This document shows, in pieces, positions 11,065 to 21,224 of a DNA stretch of 64,000 nt. The position numbers and the translations under genes are program-made. A model generated the notes under the pieces. That model saw only the letters and a list, made by a program, of their open reading frames with translations, was not told where the DNA came from and made no database searches. This DNA is from Candidatus Blackburnbacteria bacterium RIFCSPLOWO2_01_FULL_40_20 (GTDB lineage: Bacteria > Patescibacteriota > Microgenomatia > UBA8517 > UBA10165): assembly GCA_001816475.1 (NCBI GenBank), contig MHCC01000027.1:11312-75311 (forward strand), given 5' to 3'. How positions within the stretch are numbered: position 1 is the first letter of the stretch; the number at the start of each line of letters is the position of its first letter.

Positions 11065-12036
11065 CTAATCGGCAAAATCCTGTGTTACCATTTTGCCGTA
11101 AATTCCACCGTCAATTATTCCAACACCAACTCTTCTAAAGCTCGGATCCAAAATATTTCGTTTGTGTCCAGGGGAATTCATCAAACCTTGATGTGCCAGC
11201 TCTAAAGTTGGAGCAAGAGCAAGGTTCTCGCCAGCTGTCCCAAAACGCACTCCACCCTCTTTCATCCTTTGAAATGGGTCCTTACCATCCGGATTAATAT
11301 GCGCGAAATAACTTCTTTCCCACATGTCCTTTGAGTGAGTCCTGGCAACTTCTGTTAATAATTTATCAGCAACCAGTGGCGAAACACCAATTCTTACACG
11401 TTCTTGATTTACTAACTCAAGCATCTTCGCTTCCGACTCTTGGTCCACCGTCAACGTTTTTGGCTTAAAATTTAAATCTATTTTTTCATCACTTTCCGGC
11501 CTAACAGTCAAAAAAGTTAAAGTGTCGTTTATTGCTCCCCCAAACACATCTACCAACTGTCTTTCAACAAAAGTGGTTTTATCAACCAATAACCCACCAA
11601 TCTTTGAGTTGGTGATATCGGATTTTACTTCACCAGAAATTGGGGCAGAAATAATAAAAGTCAAAATAATTGCACTTACAATTGCTCCATCAATTAGGGC
11701 CGGAACCACGGAGGCAACTTTATTTACCCAATTGTTCCAGAGTTTCTCGGGCAGATGCTTAAGTATTTTAGATACCACAGTATCAATTACAAGTTGCGCA
11801 ACAATAATTACAACAACAAAACCAATGACTTTGGCAAAAGAAGAAGGGAGAGTAAAATTTGCAATTAAAAACTTGGCAACCAACCCATACGTTCTAAAAG
11901 CAATAAATAGAGAACCAATAAAAGAAACAAGGTCGCCAGCGAGTGCCCAAAATCCACGTTGAACTCCATTTGCAATGTAAAGCGCCAAAACTATGACAAT
12001 AATTAAATCGATATAGTTTCCGTTCAGCGCTGGCAT
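11065..12036 (-). CDS. CvpA + CAP/SCP domain protein
   Basis: N-terminal CvpA-like TMs; HSKDM, GENLA, NSPGHKRNIL. Confidence 0.88.
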   Translation of the reverse strand: MPALNGNYIDLIIVIVLALYIANGVQRGFWALAGDLVSFIGSLFIAFRTYGLVAKFLIANFTLPSSFAKVIGFVVVIIVAQLVIDTVVSKILKHLPEKLWNNWVNKVASVVPALIDGAIVSAIILTFIISAPISGEVKSDITNSKIGGLLVDKTTFVERQLVDVFGGAINDTLTFLTVRPESDEKIDLNFKPKTLTVDQESEAKMLELVNQERVRIGVSPLVADKLLTEVARTHSKDMWERSYFAHINPDGKDPFQRMKEGGVRFGTAGENLALAPTLELAHQGLMNSPGHKRNILDPSFRRVGVGIIDGGIYGKMVTQDFAD

Positions 12037-12039
12037 AGA

Positions 12040-12318
12040 CTATTTAGCTTTTTGCTCTTTTTTCAACTGACCCAATTTCCACATGAATAGCCTGCCGCGA
12101 TTGTTAACATTTCCAGCATCTTTGACAAAATATCGAGCATGTTCAAGCAAATGACGAGGGGTGTTCTTGGCCAATTTCATGTACAGACTTTTGTGTTCTA
12201 AATCTCCCAACTCCTGCGCCAAATCATATGCATACTTTTGGAATTCGCGAGAAATATAGCGGTCCTCTCTGGGGTCAAACTTTTTAAGTACTTTTTTGAT
12301 ATCAGAAAAATCAGACAT
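12040..12318 (-). CDS. Conserved hypothetical protein
   Basis: 92-aa ORF from ATG 12318; the upstream extension is repeat-derived. Confidence 0.65.
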   Translation of the reverse strand: MSDFSDIKKVLKKFDPREDRYISREFQKYAYDLAQELGDLEHKSLYMKLAKNTPRHLLEHARYFVKDAGNVNNRGRLFMWKLGQLKKEQKAK

Positions 12319-12326
12319 ACAAATAA

Positions 12327-12456
12327 AAATTCGAAATCCAAAATCCCAAATCCGAAACAAATTCAAATACTATAAATCAAAAATTCAAAACATTCTGAAA
12401 ATTTGATATTTGAATTTAGATATTGTTTAGGATTTCGTGCTTCGTGCTTCGAATTT
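12327..12456. repeat. Heptamer-based imperfect palindrome
   Basis: aaattcgaaatccaaaatcccaaatccg ... gatttcgtgcttcgtgcttcgaattt. Confidence 0.7.
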
Positions 12457-12984
12457 AAACCCGTATATAATTTTCGCTATTACTTGATCGATTATTTCCT
12501 TTTCTTCGTTTTCGAAATCCTCAAGCACATATTGCTCGCCTGAGATTCTGTTTTCCGGTTTTCTATTGTCGACTCCGACTCTGATTCTCCAAAAATCGGC
12601 TGTTCCAAGTTTTTCTTCAATTGACAAAAGCCCATTGTGGACCTTTGGCCCTTTGCCTTTTTGAATTTTATATTCCCCAAGCTTAATATCAAGATCGTCA
12701 TGGATTACATACAAATCGTCGTACTTAACTTTAAACCAGTCAACAAGTTTTTTTACTGCCTCACCAGAATTATTCATGAACGTATGTGGCTGGGCAAGAA
12801 GTACGTCTACCGTCTTCAGTCCACAGACTACCGATAATAAATTACTCTTTTCTTCCCACTTGCTGTAGTCTGTAGTCGGTAGACAGTAGTCTTGTCCAAT
12901 TCGATTCACCACCATAAATCCTACACTATGCCTTGTGTTTTTATATTTTTCTCCAGGGTTCCCTAAGCCAACAATTAGCTTCAT
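12427..12984 (-). CDS. pth: Peptidyl-tRNA hydrolase
   Basis: MKLIVGLGNPG, TFMNNSG, HDDLD, HNGL. Confidence 0.95.
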   Translation of the reverse strand: MKLIVGLGNPGEKYKNTRHSVGFMVVNRIGQDYCLPTTDYSKWEEKSNLLSVVCGLKTVDVLLAQPHTFMNNSGEAVKKLVDWFKVKYDDLYVIHDDLDIKLGEYKIQKGKGPKVHNGLLSIEEKLGTADFWRIRVGVDNRKPENRISGEQYVLEDFENEEKEIIDQVIAKIIYGFKFEARSTKS

Positions 12985-13205
12985 TTAAGTTCTCCTGTCT
13001 CCTCTTCTGTTAATTCCGCTTGGGCAATTATTCTTCTTAATGTACCAACAGGAACAGGTCCTGGGTGAATTGCAACTTGTGTCCACCGACCATCAGAATG
13101 TTTAAGTCTGATATGGCTTCCACGTCCTCCAACTTCTTGGAAACCCATCTTTGTAAGAAATTTTACCAACTTTTGAGGTTTGACATTACGGGGCAATCTG
13201 CTCAT
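12981..13205 (-). CDS. hicA: HicA toxin
   Basis: GF...RGSH, VAIH, GTLRRI. Confidence 0.88.
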   Translation of the reverse strand: MSRLPRNVKPQKLVKFLTKMGFQEVGGRGSHIRLKHSDGRWTQVAIHPGPVPVGTLRRIIAQAELTEEETGELK

Positions 13206-13474
13206 AAATAGCCTAATTTTGCACCGGCCGGAACTTTAACTTGAGCTGTGGTTACCATTTGTAATTCAGTGTTTTCTATTGGAACTTCTTTTCCCTCTTT
13301 TACCAAAGACTCCAAAGCAAGTTCTATACCATCATTTATGCTTTCTAAAACCTCGTCGATGGAATCACCATAGTCAGCAACACCTAATACCGGACAATAG
13401 GCATTGTATACAGTCTTTTTGCCCATCTTTTCAGGCTCAACAATAATTCGATAGTTTAATACTCTTGCTTGCAT
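13202..13474 (-). CDS. hicB: HicB antitoxin
   Basis: AYCPVLGVADYGDSIDE...G.EVP. Confidence 0.88.
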   Translation of the reverse strand: MQARVLNYRIIVEPEKMGKKTVYNAYCPVLGVADYGDSIDEVLESINDGIELALESLVKEGKEVPIENTELQMVTTAQVKVPAGAKLGYL

Positions 13475-13534
13475 ACACCCATTTTACCACACGCTTTCCA
13501 GTTGATCTGGGCTTTTTTCCCAAAATATGGAAAA

Positions 13535-14188
13535 TTATTCCTTGCTGTTAATAAGTTTATTTTCAAGAAGACAACTTTTTGCTAACTCAAATATTTTTTG
13601 ATGTCCCCTTGAATTCGGATGTAAACCATCTGCCAACAAGTTTTTAAAATTAGCTTTCAAAAAGGCCTCGTAAACTTCAACAAAATTTAAATTTTGCTCA
13701 TCACAGAGCTGTTTTATTGAATTATTATATTCTTTTAGGCTTTCGTTCGTATATGCAAAACCCTGCATGTGTGGAGTGGGGTTCATTTTATCCTCATCAA
13801 CAGGAGGCAACCCAACAAAAACAATCCTTGCTTGATATTTTCTTGCGGCCAAAATTAACTCTTCAAGATTCTTCTTAAAAACATTTAAAGGAGTTGCATT
13901 TGTTCCGTCTTTTAAGGACATAAGCGAGTCGTTTGTTCCAACTTCAAATAAAACTACCGTTTCGACTCCTTCGTCACACCGCGCGTCCATCTCTTGCTCG
14001 ACTCTTTCCAAAAGTGTGGTTGAACTGTCGCCAGGTATGCCCAAGGGGTAAGTCCAATTAAAATCAAACGAGCCAAGATGTTTTATATTATTCTCGTCAA
14101 CATATTGCTTTAATCGTTGTGCCCACCCGCCTTGGGTATCCCATGCTCCCCAAGCGATACTTGCACCAAAAATTAATATCTGAGCCAT
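13535..14188 (-). CDS. SGNH/GDSL hydrolase
   Basis: FGASIAWG, GTND, DGLHPN. Confidence 0.85.
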   Translation of the reverse strand: MAQILIFGASIAWGAWDTQGGWAQRLKQYVDENNIKHLGSFDFNWTYPLGIPGDSSTTLLERVEQEMDARCDEGVETVVLFEVGTNDSLMSLKDGTNATPLNVFKKNLEELILAARKYQARIVFVGLPPVDEDKMNPTPHMQGFAYTNESLKEYNNSIKQLCDEQNLNFVEVYEAFLKANFKNLLADGLHPNSRGHQKIFELAKSCLLENKLINSKE

Positions 14189-14249
14189 GTTACAATTCTA
14201 GCAAATATAAACAAAATTGACATAGTAACTATAATTAAAGTTAAAGAAC

Positions 14250-14741
14250 ATGAAGGAATTTCAACCGAGACCCGGCGATAACTCATTAGAACTTATGCAT
14301 TCTATTAAACAGTTATTAAATACTGGTTTTACTCAAGAACAATGTGTACTTTATTTGGTCTGGCGAAACAGTTATGGAAAAGATGCGAGTGTTTTTAAAG
14401 GTCCAATTGATATTGTTTCATGGCTTAAGAAAAGTGGTAAAATCGGAGAACAAGAACCAACCGAAAACTTGGATCAAAAAGTTGCAAGTTTGACAGAAGG
14501 TAATATAATAGTAAATACTATGGACTCAGAAAAAGAACAATCGCCATCATTCGCCGATTTGCCCTACGACGATCAAGTTAAGGAGTTGATTAGGATAGGA
14601 TTTAGCGAGCAACAAATAAACAATTTGGATCGAATCAGAAAAAATAAAGCTTCGCATGAACTAACTCTAGAAACAAGGCGCTTGGAATTTGGAAGATGGC
14701 TAAAAGAACAAGGGCTGGTCACCGACTGGCCAGCAGTGTAA
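14250..14741 (+). CDS. Hypothetical protein
   Basis: 163-aa ORF downstream of TTGACA/TATAAT-like boxes. Confidence 0.55.
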   Translation: MKEFQPRPGDNSLELMHSIKQLLNTGFTQEQCVLYLVWRNSYGKDASVFKGPIDIVSWLKKSGKIGEQEPTENLDQKVASLTEGNIIVNTMDSEKEQSPSFADLPYDDQVKELIRIGFSEQQINNLDRIRKNKASHELTLETRRLEFGRWLKEQGLVTDWPAV

Positions 14742-14745
14742 AACA

Positions 14746-16482
14746 CTAGCCTTTTTGGATTTTATATAGTTTTGCAATCTCTCCAACTGAAGTTGCTTGA
14801 TCAGGGTTTTTATCGTCTCGAACTCTAATCAGTCGCGGAAACCGCAGTGAATACCCCCTACTTTTGTCTCGTCCCGCAGTGTGTCTTGGAGACAAACTGA
14901 TCTCATCTGCCAATATTTCCAAAACCAACTGAGGACGCACCCAAACGTCCGGCTCTGCTTCTTTGTCAACTTCATAAGTATTAGGCTTATCCTCAACTTT
15001 TAACTTTTCTACCTCTTTGTACATTTGCCGAAATTGCTCATCAGACAACCCTGTGCCGAGCCGGGAAATTGAGTAGTACTTTTCGCCTTTACCGGGAACT
15101 CCTATTAAAAAGGCTCCCAGTCCAAATTGTGCCCTTTTTCCACGCCCGCGATATGCTCCCATCAAAACACAGTCGATTGTGTCGGTTATTTTTCCTTCAG
15201 TGGTTTTTTTGAACTTTACCCAGTGGTACCCTCTTCCGCCAGCCCGATAAGGTGCATCTAGTTTCTTAGCTACTATCCCTTCCAATCCGTCTTTAATACA
15301 ATTGTTAAAAAGCTCACGCAGCTTGTCCGCTTCTGTAACGATATGGTGTTGTGCCAAAACAATATCACCTTTTTCGCCACCCAACTCTTTTTCCATCAAT
15401 TCACGTCGTTCCCGGAAGGGAACAGTCAGCAAAGTTTTTCCATTCAAAAACAACGAATCAAAAACAAAAACTTTAAGAGGGATCGATTTTGCCATTTCTT
15501 CAATTCCATATTTTCTTTTGCGTTGCACAGTTTCTTGAAAAGGAACAAACTTTCCTGTTTTTGAGTTGTAGCCAATTGCCTCTCCGTCAAAAATTCCAGA
15601 CTTTACATGAAGTTTTGAGGCCGCGTCAACAAGGTCGGGGTACATATGCGTTACGTTCTCTAAGTTTCTTGAGAAAATCTTTACTTCCCTTTTATCACTT
15701 GACCCCCAAACATGCAGTTGCACCCGAAAACCATCCAATTTTGGCTCAACTGCAAATCTTCCATCCATCTTTTCAACTATTTTTTCAGCTGATGGCAACC
15801 TTTCGGCCAAAGATGGCCTTATCGGAACCCCAGGCTCCGCATCAACTTTTTCAACGCCTGTTAGACCTTCTTTTTTTATTCTTTGGGCGATTTTACCAAT
15901 ATCAACAAAAACATTGTATGCAGCCTCAATTTTCTTCCTTGCCGACTTGTCCCCAACTTCCATAACTGATAAGGCGTCCATCATACTTACGTCAGAGAAT
16001 CCTAGTCGTAGTTTTCCAACAGGAATTCTTGCAATATACCGAGCCGACAGGGGATCTACCTCTGAAAGCAGTTCTGCAATCAAAGTAAGCTTCCTCTCTT
16101 GGCTCTTTTCCCCACCCTCTGCAGCAACCTTACGCAGCAGATCATAAACCTCACTCACACTCGTCTTAGACTTAAACTTAGACTGTTCTGCAAACTTCTC
16201 AGCAACGTCACCCAAGTCTCCAATATTTTTAAACTTCTCTGTCACTGTCTCTATCTCTTTCTTGTAAGCATAACCAATAGCTCTGATCATCATCTTCTCA
16301 GCAAAGTTAAATTCTATGCCTGTATATTGAGGCGCTACTCGACCTAAAACCAGATAGCAAATCTTATCAATTTCGCCAGAACTGGCATCCTTAAACAACC
16401 CTGCCAAGATTTGGGTAATTTCGTTTCTTGAGGCAGTTTTTTCAAGTTTTTGAAGATATTCGGAAAGTTTACTAAACGTCAT
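14746..16482 (-). CDS. lig: ATP-dependent DNA ligase
   Basis: EPKLDGFR, DGE, EGIVAK, WVKFK, SLRFPR. Confidence 0.95.
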   Translation of the reverse strand: MTFSKLSEYLQKLEKTASRNEITQILAGLFKDASSGEIDKICYLVLGRVAPQYTGIEFNFAEKMMIRAIGYAYKKEIETVTEKFKNIGDLGDVAEKFAEQSKFKSKTSVSEVYDLLRKVAAEGGEKSQERKLTLIAELLSEVDPLSARYIARIPVGKLRLGFSDVSMMDALSVMEVGDKSARKKIEAAYNVFVDIGKIAQRIKKEGLTGVEKVDAEPGVPIRPSLAERLPSAEKIVEKMDGRFAVEPKLDGFRVQLHVWGSSDKREVKIFSRNLENVTHMYPDLVDAASKLHVKSGIFDGEAIGYNSKTGKFVPFQETVQRKRKYGIEEMAKSIPLKVFVFDSLFLNGKTLLTVPFRERRELMEKELGGEKGDIVLAQHHIVTEADKLRELFNNCIKDGLEGIVAKKLDAPYRAGGRGYHWVKFKKTTEGKITDTIDCVLMGAYRGRGKRAQFGLGAFLIGVPGKGEKYYSISRLGTGLSDEQFRQMYKEVEKLKVEDKPNTYEVDKEAEPDVWVRPQLVLEILADEISLSPRHTAGRDKSRGYSLRFPRLIRVRDDKNPDQATSVGEIAKLYKIQKG

Positions 16483-16676
16483 TGAAGCAATAATATCACA
16501 ACTCCCATTGTCAACAAAAACACAATTCCACTAAACAAACTAATCCATCCACAATTTTTCTCATGTAAAATTTTAGCTATCCCGTCCGCTACCAAAGTAA
16601 CTCCAAACATAATTGGCAATGAAACTAAAATATAGATAAAACGTGGGTCAGAAAAGGACATAAAACTAATTTTCAA
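16479..16676 (-). CDS. Small two-TM membrane protein
   Basis: Two hydrophobic segments; ATGA overlap with lig. Confidence 0.5.
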   Translation of the reverse strand: MKISFMSFSDPRFIYILVSLPIMFGVTLVADGIAKILHEKNCGWISLFSGIVFLLTMGVVILLLQ

Positions 16677-16684
16677 TTTTCAAT

Positions 16685-17800
16685 TTATTTTACGAGCTCA
16701 TAATAGCTTCCCTTGGTTTTTCCTTTTTTACGGATTACATTACTTTTTACTAAAGCTTGAAATTCGCGCAAAACTGTATCCTCAGAAACCATTGGGAAAA
16801 GCGGCCTGATCTCTCCCATTCCTCCTCTTTCGTTTTCAGATAAATATTCAATTATTTTAATCTGCCGCTCGGAAAGAGCAACCTGCTGACCTCTTTTTGC
16901 TCTAATTTTTGTATCAATTGACAACTTTTTAACTTTCTCGCGAACACGTGTTAATTCAACTGCCAAACCTTGAGTAAAATATCCAATCCAAGCCGTCAAA
17001 TCGCGATCTCCAAGCTCTTTCGACTGACCTGAGGTTGCAATTAGCGCTCCGTAATAAGCCTCCGCATCCCGATCAAAATATTCTTCTAAAGAAAACAGTC
17101 GCTTAATATCATAATCTTCAACAAACATAACTAGAGTTGCAAAAGCCCGTGCTGTTCTCCCGTTCCCCTCAACAAACGGATGGATAGCAGCAAGCACATA
17201 GTGCGCAACTGCCGCACGTATTACGGGGTGAACTTCCCTGCCTACTTTTGAATTCATGAAAACTACCAAGTCTTCCATCAGGTAGGGAACCTCAACTGAT
17301 GGTGGTGGCCTAAAGGTTATCTCTCCCGTTCTTGAGTCGCGCAATACTACTTGGCTTTTTCTATAAACTCCTTGATTTTCCTCAGAAACCAACCTGTTTA
17401 CAACAAGTTTGTGGATTTGTTTTATCAAATTTTCAGAGAAACGAAAAATGTCGTTTTTTTGGCTTGTATTGTATTGTTTGTCTAAAAACTCCATAACGGT
17501 TCTGTAGTTGATAACCTCTTGTATATCTCTTTCTCGTGCTGTAATCCCAACTTTTTCCACAGCTTTTTCTGCGTTTGTTTCTCCAAATGACCCTCGAATT
17601 ACTTTCCCTGCTTGTTCAAAGGATAAATCGTTGCCCTCAATGTGAGTTCCGTGATGGACTGTTCGAATCATTGCTTCTTCTTGGAACTGCCTTTCATACG
17701 CCGGAATAAGAGGTGCTTCTTGAATAATTTCCTTACAAGCTTCAATCGTGCCAATATTTTTCAAAATGCTATTAGTGATGGTATACTTGGGAGAATACAT
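16685..17800 (-). CDS. Fic family protein with C-terminal HTH
   Basis: HPFVEGNGRTAR, GTHIEGN. Confidence 0.92.
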   Translation of the reverse strand: MYSPKYTITNSILKNIGTIEACKEIIQEAPLIPAYERQFQEEAMIRTVHHGTHIEGNDLSFEQAGKVIRGSFGETNAEKAVEKVGITARERDIQEVINYRTVMEFLDKQYNTSQKNDIFRFSENLIKQIHKLVVNRLVSEENQGVYRKSQVVLRDSRTGEITFRPPPSVEVPYLMEDLVVFMNSKVGREVHPVIRAAVAHYVLAAIHPFVEGNGRTARAFATLVMFVEDYDIKRLFSLEEYFDRDAEAYYGALIATSGQSKELGDRDLTAWIGYFTQGLAVELTRVREKVKKLSIDTKIRAKRGQQVALSERQIKIIEYLSENERGGMGEIRPLFPMVSEDTVLREFQALVKSNVIRKKGKTKGSYYELVK

Positions 17801-17860
17801 CGTTAATTCAGTTTACGTTAATAATGCGGTATAAATCAAGGCGTAATTATTTTAAAACTT

Positions 17861-18142
17861 ATGGCTAAAATCAACCCAGATGACAGTCTTCCAGCAGCCT
17901 TTGCTAAGCAGCTTTTGCAACTTGCAACAGCCGGGTTTGGATTGGTTGCAGCACTTGCTTGGAATGACGCAATTAAGAATGCTATCGAAGAATACATAAA
18001 GCCGCGCGTTGCCAACGGAACTGGCATCATCTCTCAACTAATTTACGCTCTAATTATTACTGCCCTGGCAGTATTAATTACTTATCAACTAACAAAAATC
18101 ACAAGAAGGTTTGAGAGGAAGAAGAAAAATAATAAGAATTAA
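17861..18142 (+). CDS. Small membrane protein (DUF5654-like)
   Basis: AGFGLVAALAWNDAI...YALIIT. Confidence 0.8.
   Translation: MAKINPDDSLPAAFAKQLLQLATAGFGLVAALAWNDAIKNAIEEYIKPRVANGTGIISQLIYALIITALAVLITYQLTKITRRFERKKKNNKN
18094..18129 (+). repeat. 36-bp direct repeat, copy 1 (3' end of DUF5654-like gene)
   Basis: aaaaatcacaagaaggtttgagaggaagaagaaaaa; 2 mismatches to 19836-19871. Confidence 0.85.
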
Positions 18143-18341
18143 TCTCATTGGCAACCTCAAATTAATACTTGCGCCATAACTATCAATTAAGATATAACAT
18201 TAATGTTGCAACTTTTGTGCAGCAACTTGTTTTGTTTCTTGGCTTATATCAACTAGCGACAGTCTCCAAGAAAATCACAACAATTGAAAAGGTAGTAGTC
18301 GAAGTAAAGTGTGCTGGCTAGCAAAGGACAAGGAGGGCATT

Positions 18342-18446
18342 GTGGGAATAGACGCAAGACCAGGGTCTAACGGCAGTCGTCAGGGACCAGGCAGCGGTGG
18401 AGGTCATCCGGGAAATCCCGGCAAACCAGCAGGCGGCGGAAAGTAG
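18342..18446 (+). CDS. 34-aa Gly/Pro-rich peptide MGIDARPGSNGSRQGPGSGGGHPGNPGKPAGGGK
   Basis: AAGGAGG SD before GTG; GC-rich; enclosed by arms 18287-18322 and 18446-18479. Confidence 0.6.
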   Translation: MGIDARPGSNGSRQGPGSGGGHPGNPGKPAGGGK

Positions 18447-18523
18447 CAAGCTCAGCACGCAGCAACGACTACTTCTTTTATTGGCAGGTGATCTAACTCA
18501 AATTAGACAAGGTCACCTGCTTT

Positions 18524-19804
18524 TCATTTCTCTTCAAGTGATTTTCCCAATTTTTCTGCATCAGTAGGCCCAATCGCAGCAATGTAGAAATTATTCTTTT
18601 GAAAATACTTTGAAGCAACTTCAAATACTTCTTGCGACGATATTTTCTTATACATATTTTCTTGTTCATTCGGAGAAATTGACTTGCCTCGCATTGATTC
18701 TTGAAATCCATACCACCGGGCAAAATCTGTTACCGTTTCCATGTTCGAAATCAAACTGCCTGTAATGTGTCCTTTAGCTAACTTCATGTCACTATCGCTT
18801 AACTTTTTATTTGATAACTTTTCAAATTCCTCCTTTACCAACGATGTAATTTTGTATTGGTTTTCTTTTGATGCTGACGCACTAAAAAAAAGATATCCTG
18901 TCTCGTCCAAGTTGTCCTGCCACATATTCCAATTGTATATTAGTCCACCTTCGTCTCTTAATCTTTGTGGCAAACGCGCTCCAAAATATCCACCCAAACA
19001 ATCTGTAATAAAATCCAGAACGTGCCTGTCTTGGTGGGCATACGGTATTGTTTTTACACCAAACATTATAGCCGTTTGATCTGAATCGATAAAATTGACT
19101 TTTACCCTCTCGCCTGAGTTTGATACCTCATTTTGACTATGAAGAAAAGATTTTCTGTTATAGATTGTCGAATATTCATCAAACAATTTCACTGAACTCT
19201 CAAGGTCAACATCCCCCGCTACAATAAAGACTGTTGAGTCGGCCAAAAAATGATCACTAATGAAATTCCCAACATCGCGAGTCGATATATTTTTAACATC
19301 TTTTTCAACACCAGTACAAGGATGAGACAAGCATGTTCCTTTAAAAAACAGAGGGTTCCATGCAAAATCCCATATCGCTGTTTCAGGATTTTCCCGACGC
19401 TTCAAGATTTCTTCTTTTACAACACCCTTCTCCTGTTCCAAACCTTCGTTGTTTATAATTGGATTTACGAGTGTTTCAAAAAGTATTTCAATTCCTTTTT
19501 TAAGTTGTAGTTTTGGTAAATGAATCATGTGCCTTTGGTATTCAATCCAAGTAAAGGCATCGTGCCACCCTCCATGTTGATTTATGGATTGTGAAAGTAA
19601 TGCTGAAGAAGGGTAGTTTTTTGTTCCGTTAAAAAGCATGTGCTCCGTAAAGTGAGCAAGTCCTGGCCGATTTGATGGATCATGCCGAAACCCGGCCTTT
19701 ATGTAGGCTGAAATTGTAACAGGAAATGCACCAGGAATTTTTATAACACCCAAAGTTGATCCATTGTTTAGTCTGGTCTTTTGATAAAAAGTTTGCTTGC
19801 GCAT
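18524..19804 (-). CDS. M16 (pitrilysin) zinc peptidase
   Basis: GLAHFTEHMLFNGT (HXXEH), LRDEGGLIY. Confidence 0.92.
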   Translation of the reverse strand: MRKQTFYQKTRLNNGSTLGVIKIPGAFPVTISAYIKAGFRHDPSNRPGLAHFTEHMLFNGTKNYPSSALLSQSINQHGGWHDAFTWIEYQRHMIHLPKLQLKKGIEILFETLVNPIINNEGLEQEKGVVKEEILKRRENPETAIWDFAWNPLFFKGTCLSHPCTGVEKDVKNISTRDVGNFISDHFLADSTVFIVAGDVDLESSVKLFDEYSTIYNRKSFLHSQNEVSNSGERVKVNFIDSDQTAIMFGVKTIPYAHQDRHVLDFITDCLGGYFGARLPQRLRDEGGLIYNWNMWQDNLDETGYLFFSASASKENQYKITSLVKEEFEKLSNKKLSDSDMKLAKGHITGSLISNMETVTDFARWYGFQESMRGKSISPNEQENMYKKISSQEVFEVASKYFQKNNFYIAAIGPTDAEKLGKSLEEK

Positions 19805-19835
19805 GATGTAATTATATGACAAAAGGCTTGGCAAT

Positions 19836-19871
19836 AAAAATAACAAGAAGATTTGAGAGGAAGAAGAAAAA
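19836..19871 (+). repeat. 36-bp direct repeat, copy 2
   Basis: aaaaataacaagaagatttgagaggaagaagaaaaa followed by an in-frame TAA (ITRRFERKKKK*). Confidence 0.85.
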
Positions 19872-19879
19872 GTAAACTA

Positions 19880-20515
19880 TTAAATTTGCACTTTTTCCTG
19901 AACAAGTTTGTGCGTTTCTTTTTTAAAATACTCCTTTACATCGTCCCAATTTACCTCGATTAGCATATTGGGCATTTGACTTTCTTTTTCAGCATCATCA
20001 AAATAATCCAGAGAGCGCATAGTCGAATAAAGGTGATCTTCTAAAACAGAGTACTTTTTTTGATAAAACATTAACATTTCCTCAAGCGTGTATTTTTGAG
20101 AAAGAAAATAAACATCTACAAAATCTCTCTTCGTCCCACGTTGTTCAATTGCGTGAATTTTCATAGCAGCAATGTCAGCAAAGCTCGCCAATTGAATGCC
20201 CTCGAACAGGATGATCGGTTCAATTAGTGGAAACTTATAATGGAATATTGAAAACTTTGTTTGATTTATTTTTCCCCACACAGTCCACTTGGCAGTTCCT
20301 TCTTGAGTAAATTCAGGCATGGAAGTAAGTTTTGCGGAAAGCTCAACTTAGTTAAACTCACGCTGAGTAAAAAAGTCAAGGTCAATAGAAATCCTGTGTC
20401 TAATCTGTATGGCTAAGGCTGTTCCTCCGGCAAGATATCCCTCTTTAATTTCAGTAATGTTTGAAACTAACTGGATAGCCCGAAGTGTATCGGGGAGTAA
20501 GGTTTTTGTAAACAT
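19880..20515 (-). pseudogene. AbiEii-like nucleotidyltransferase toxin with an in-frame stop
   Basis: MFTKTLLPDT...YLAGGTALA...HRISIDLDFF; TAA at 20350-20348; frame continues into IAAMK...RGTKRDFVD. Confidence 0.8.
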
Positions 20516-20781
20516 GGCACCTGTTTTTTATCCAAGCCAAGTATGTCGGCCCAAAAATTCCCTGTTAGCCTATCAAGATCGCGCGTACCTAAAACTACTT
20601 TTTTTATTACTTCGATCCCGTATGTTTTTATCAGCCAACGTATATCGCTAAAATTGCCCCTATCTAAAATCCGTTTTGTAATAAAAAAAATGTCCTTTTG
20701 AACCTCTAATTTTTCAAATTCTATGTCCCAAAAATATGGCCTAAAATTTTCGGGAACTCTCGTTTCTCCGCCTTGTTTCAT
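20467..20781 (-). CDS. Putative antitoxin (DUF6922-like)
   Basis: YFWDIEFEKL...RILDRG; upstream of the AbiEii-like gene. Confidence 0.7.
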   Translation of the reverse strand: MKQGGETRVPENFRPYFWDIEFEKLEVQKDIFFITKRILDRGNFSDIRWLIKTYGIEVIKKVVLGTRDLDRLTGNFWADILGLDKKQVPCLQKPYSPIHFGLSS

Positions 20782-20813
20782 ACCTACATTATCGCATATT
20801 TTGGATCAGAAAT

Positions 20814-21224
20814 CTAGGAATAATCTGCCAAATTTTTAACAAAAGGTAGGTTAACTAAAGATACAAATTTTGCGTCAGCCGTATATAATTTACACTTCTT
20901 TTCCTTTGCCAAAACAACGTATGACGCGCCGTAAACTGAAACTTCGTACTTTTTAGAAATTTCTACTGCTTTATTTGCTCGTTTGAAGTTAATAGGCTCA
21001 AAACTAATCCCAATTTTTTGCAGGTTTTTTAAGTTTAACTTAATCTTTTCAAAAGGAAGTGCACTTTTTGTCGCCCAAGCATTCGTTAATTTGTAAAGAA
21101 GTAAGTCTGGAACACAAATCGTTTCCTTTTCGCTTAAATGCGATTCAAGAATTTTCAGCGCAGTTGAGGACTCAGCTTCGTCACTATACCATTTGAATAT
21201 CACTGAAGTATCAACAACTATCAT
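20814..21224 (-). CDS. vapC: VapC PIN-domain toxin
   Basis: MIVVDTSVIFKW, LYTAD; some acidic active-site residues appear substituted (YKL, YGA). Confidence 0.8.
   Translation of the reverse strand: MIVVDTSVIFKWYSDEAESSTALKILESHLSEKETICVPDLLLYKLTNAWATKSALPFEKIKLNLKNLQKIGISFEPINFKRANKAVEISKKYEVSVYGASYVVLAKEKKCKLYTADAKFVSLVNLPFVKNLADYS

Noticed and set aside
14746-16482. ATP-dependent ligase as a novelty
   Set aside because: Common in this kind of genome and embedded among housekeeping genes
20348-20350. Stop-codon recoding or alternative genetic code
   Set aside because: Single TAA in a toxin gene; TAA, TAG and TGA all end conserved genes normally here
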